A stretch of DNA of 28,978 nucleotides. Origin: an uncultured Rhodospirillaceae bacterium (GTDB lineage: Bacteria > Pseudomonadota > Alphaproteobacteria > Ferrovibrionales > Ferrovibrionaceae). The notes under the pieces were generated by a model, which saw nothing but the letters and a program-made list of their open reading frames with translations, searched no databases and was not told where the DNA came from. A program made the position numbers and the translations under genes. The stretch's first letter is position 1. The number at the start of each line of letters is the position of its first letter. Positions 25,588-28,978 of the stretch are shown one piece after another. Location of the stretch: the NCBI GenBank assembly GCA_964442055.1, contig CAYTWJ010000005.1, forward strand, positions 1 through 28,978, read 5' to 3'.

Positions 25588-26715
25588 TCAGAGGCCGGCG
25601 AAGCGCGCCAGATGGTGATCGGCATTGCCGAACAGCGTGTCGATCATCATCAGGCGCTTCATGTGGTGGCCGACATGCAGCTCGTCGGTCATGCCCATGC
25701 CGCCATGCAGCTGCACCGCCTGCTGGCCGACGAAGCGGCCTGAGCGGCCGATCTGCACTTTCGCCGCCGATGCCGCCTTGGCCCGCTCCGCGGCCGGAGC
25801 GGCGAGCTTGAGCGTCGCCACCATGCTGAGCGATTTCGCCTGCTCGATGGCGATCATCATGTCCACCATGCGATGCTGCAGCACCTGGAAGTCGGCGATC
25901 GGCCGGCCGAACTGCTTGCGGTTTTTCAGATAAGCCAGCGTGGTCTCGTGCAGGAACTGCATCGCGCCGACCGCCTCGGCGGCCAGCGCAGCGATGGCGT
26001 GATCGGCGGCGCGCTCGATGACCTCGAGCGCCGCATCGCGCGCGCCGAGCAACGCGTCGGCATCCACCCGCACGTTCTCGAGGGCCAGATCGGCGGCGCG
26101 GCGGCTGTCGGCCAGGCGGTAGTCGCGCCGCGTCAGTCCGGGCGCGTCGCGGGCAACGAGAAACAGCGAGATGCCCTGGCGCGCGCGCCGCTCGCCGCCG
26201 GTGCGGGCGGCGACGATGACGGTGTCGGCGCCGGCGGCGCCGAGTACCACGCTCTTGCGGCCGTCGAGCACGTAGCCGCCGTCGACGGCCCGAGCCGTCG
26301 TCGCCACGTCGGCGAGATCGAAGCGCGATTGCGGCTCGGCATAGGCGAAAGCGAGCATGGTCTCGCCGGCGGCGAGCCGCGGCAGGATCGCCCGTTTCTG
26401 CGCCTCGCTGCCGGCGAGACCGACCAGCGTGCCGCCGAGCACCGCCGCCGGAAAATAGGGCTCCAGCACCAGGCCGCGCCCAAGACCCTGGGCGATGACC
26501 ATGGTCTCGACCGGGCCGCCGCCGAGGCCGCCGAACTCCTCGGCGATCGCCGCGCCGAGCCAGCCCAGCTCGGCCATCTGGCGCCAGTTGTCGCGGCTGA
26601 AGCCCTCCGCACTCCGTGCCAGTTTGCGCCAATCGCCGAAGTCGTAGCGCGCCCGCACGAAGCGGTCGACGCTGTCGGCCAGCAGCTTCTGCTCCTCGCT
26701 GAGCGAGAAATCCAT
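25588..26715 (-). CDS. Acyl-CoA dehydrogenase family protein, PimD-like small subunit
   Basis: MDFSLSEEQKLL, LELGW..EEFGG.GG, AYAEP, LNGRK-like LDGRK.VV, R.QFGRPI..FQVLQHRM and VQLHGGMGMTDE. Confidence 0.92.
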   Translation of the reverse strand: MDFSLSEEQKLLADSVDRFVRARYDFGDWRKLARSAEGFSRDNWRQMAELGWLGAAIAEEFGGLGGGPVETMVIAQGLGRGLVLEPYFPAAVLGGTLVGLAGSEAQKRAILPRLAAGETMLAFAYAEPQSRFDLADVATTARAVDGGYVLDGRKSVVLGAAGADTVIVAARTGGERRARQGISLFLVARDAPGLTRRDYRLADSRRAADLALENVRVDADALLGARDAALEVIERAADHAIAALAAEAVGAMQFLHETTLAYLKNRKQFGRPIADFQVLQHRMVDMMIAIEQAKSLSMVATLKLAAPAAERAKAASAAKVQIGRSGRFVGQQAVQLHGGMGMTDELHVGHHMKRLMMIDTLFGNADHHLARFAGL

Positions 26716-26755
26716 CGGCGTCCTCTCCCCGTCCTTGTCGTGAATGCACCGGCGG

Positions 26756-27946
<1,191 letters not shown>

Positions 27947-27985
27947 CGCGGGCTCGTGGCGCGGGTTGCGGAGCTGACGGGGCCG

Positions 27986-28978
<993 letters not shown>

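Noticed and set aside
25576-25590. TGACCG-CGC-CGGTCA hairpin between convergent gcrA and the acyl-CoA dehydrogenase, and the GGCCTCTGACCG shared by the ends of both acyl-CoA dehydrogenase genes
   Set aside because: The 6-bp stem is formed largely by two facing TGA stops and has no U tract; the shared 12-mer reflects both proteins ending Gly-Leu-stop.

Overview
GC-rich (about 70%) alphaproteobacterial chromosomal segment, inferred from gcrA, the CtrA/DnaA/GANTC motifs and the murA-hisG-hisD-infA-maf-rne-yacG gene order. It has four blocks. (1) 1-12.0 kb is an uncharacterised catabolic locus. A leftward operon (fumarylacetoacetate-hydrolase-family protein, alpha/beta hydrolase, amidohydrolase, LivH-type ABC permease) diverges from a GntR/FadR regulator. 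A rightward operon follows, with a tripartite tricarboxylate transporter carrying two tandem TctC paralogues, a xylose-isomerase-like epimerase, an enolase-superfamily enzyme and a dihydroorotate-dehydrogenase-like flavoprotein. (2) 12.3-21.3 kb is a conserved housekeeping operon bracketed by tRNA-Phe(GAA) and tRNA-Thr(GGT), with a foreign-looking ORF just past tRNA-Phe. (3) 21.4-25.6 kb is a cell-cycle-flavoured accessory block. It holds an unusual Flp/Tad pilin fused to an approximately 180-residue Gly/Ser linker and a second C-terminal membrane anchor, behind a very AT-rich GANTC-rich promoter. It also holds a PleC/DivJ-like PAS histidine kinase with a perfect CtrA box and an apparently non-ATG start, a PhyH dioxygenase, and a compact gcrA with a perfect DnaA box flanked by two GANTC sites. 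(4) 25.6-29 kb has a PimC/PimD-like acyl-CoA dehydrogenase pair, yjbQ and the 5' part of a DhlA-like haloalkane dehalogenase. No integrase, transposase or CRISPR array was seen. All family calls come from motif recognition by eye; no database search was run.
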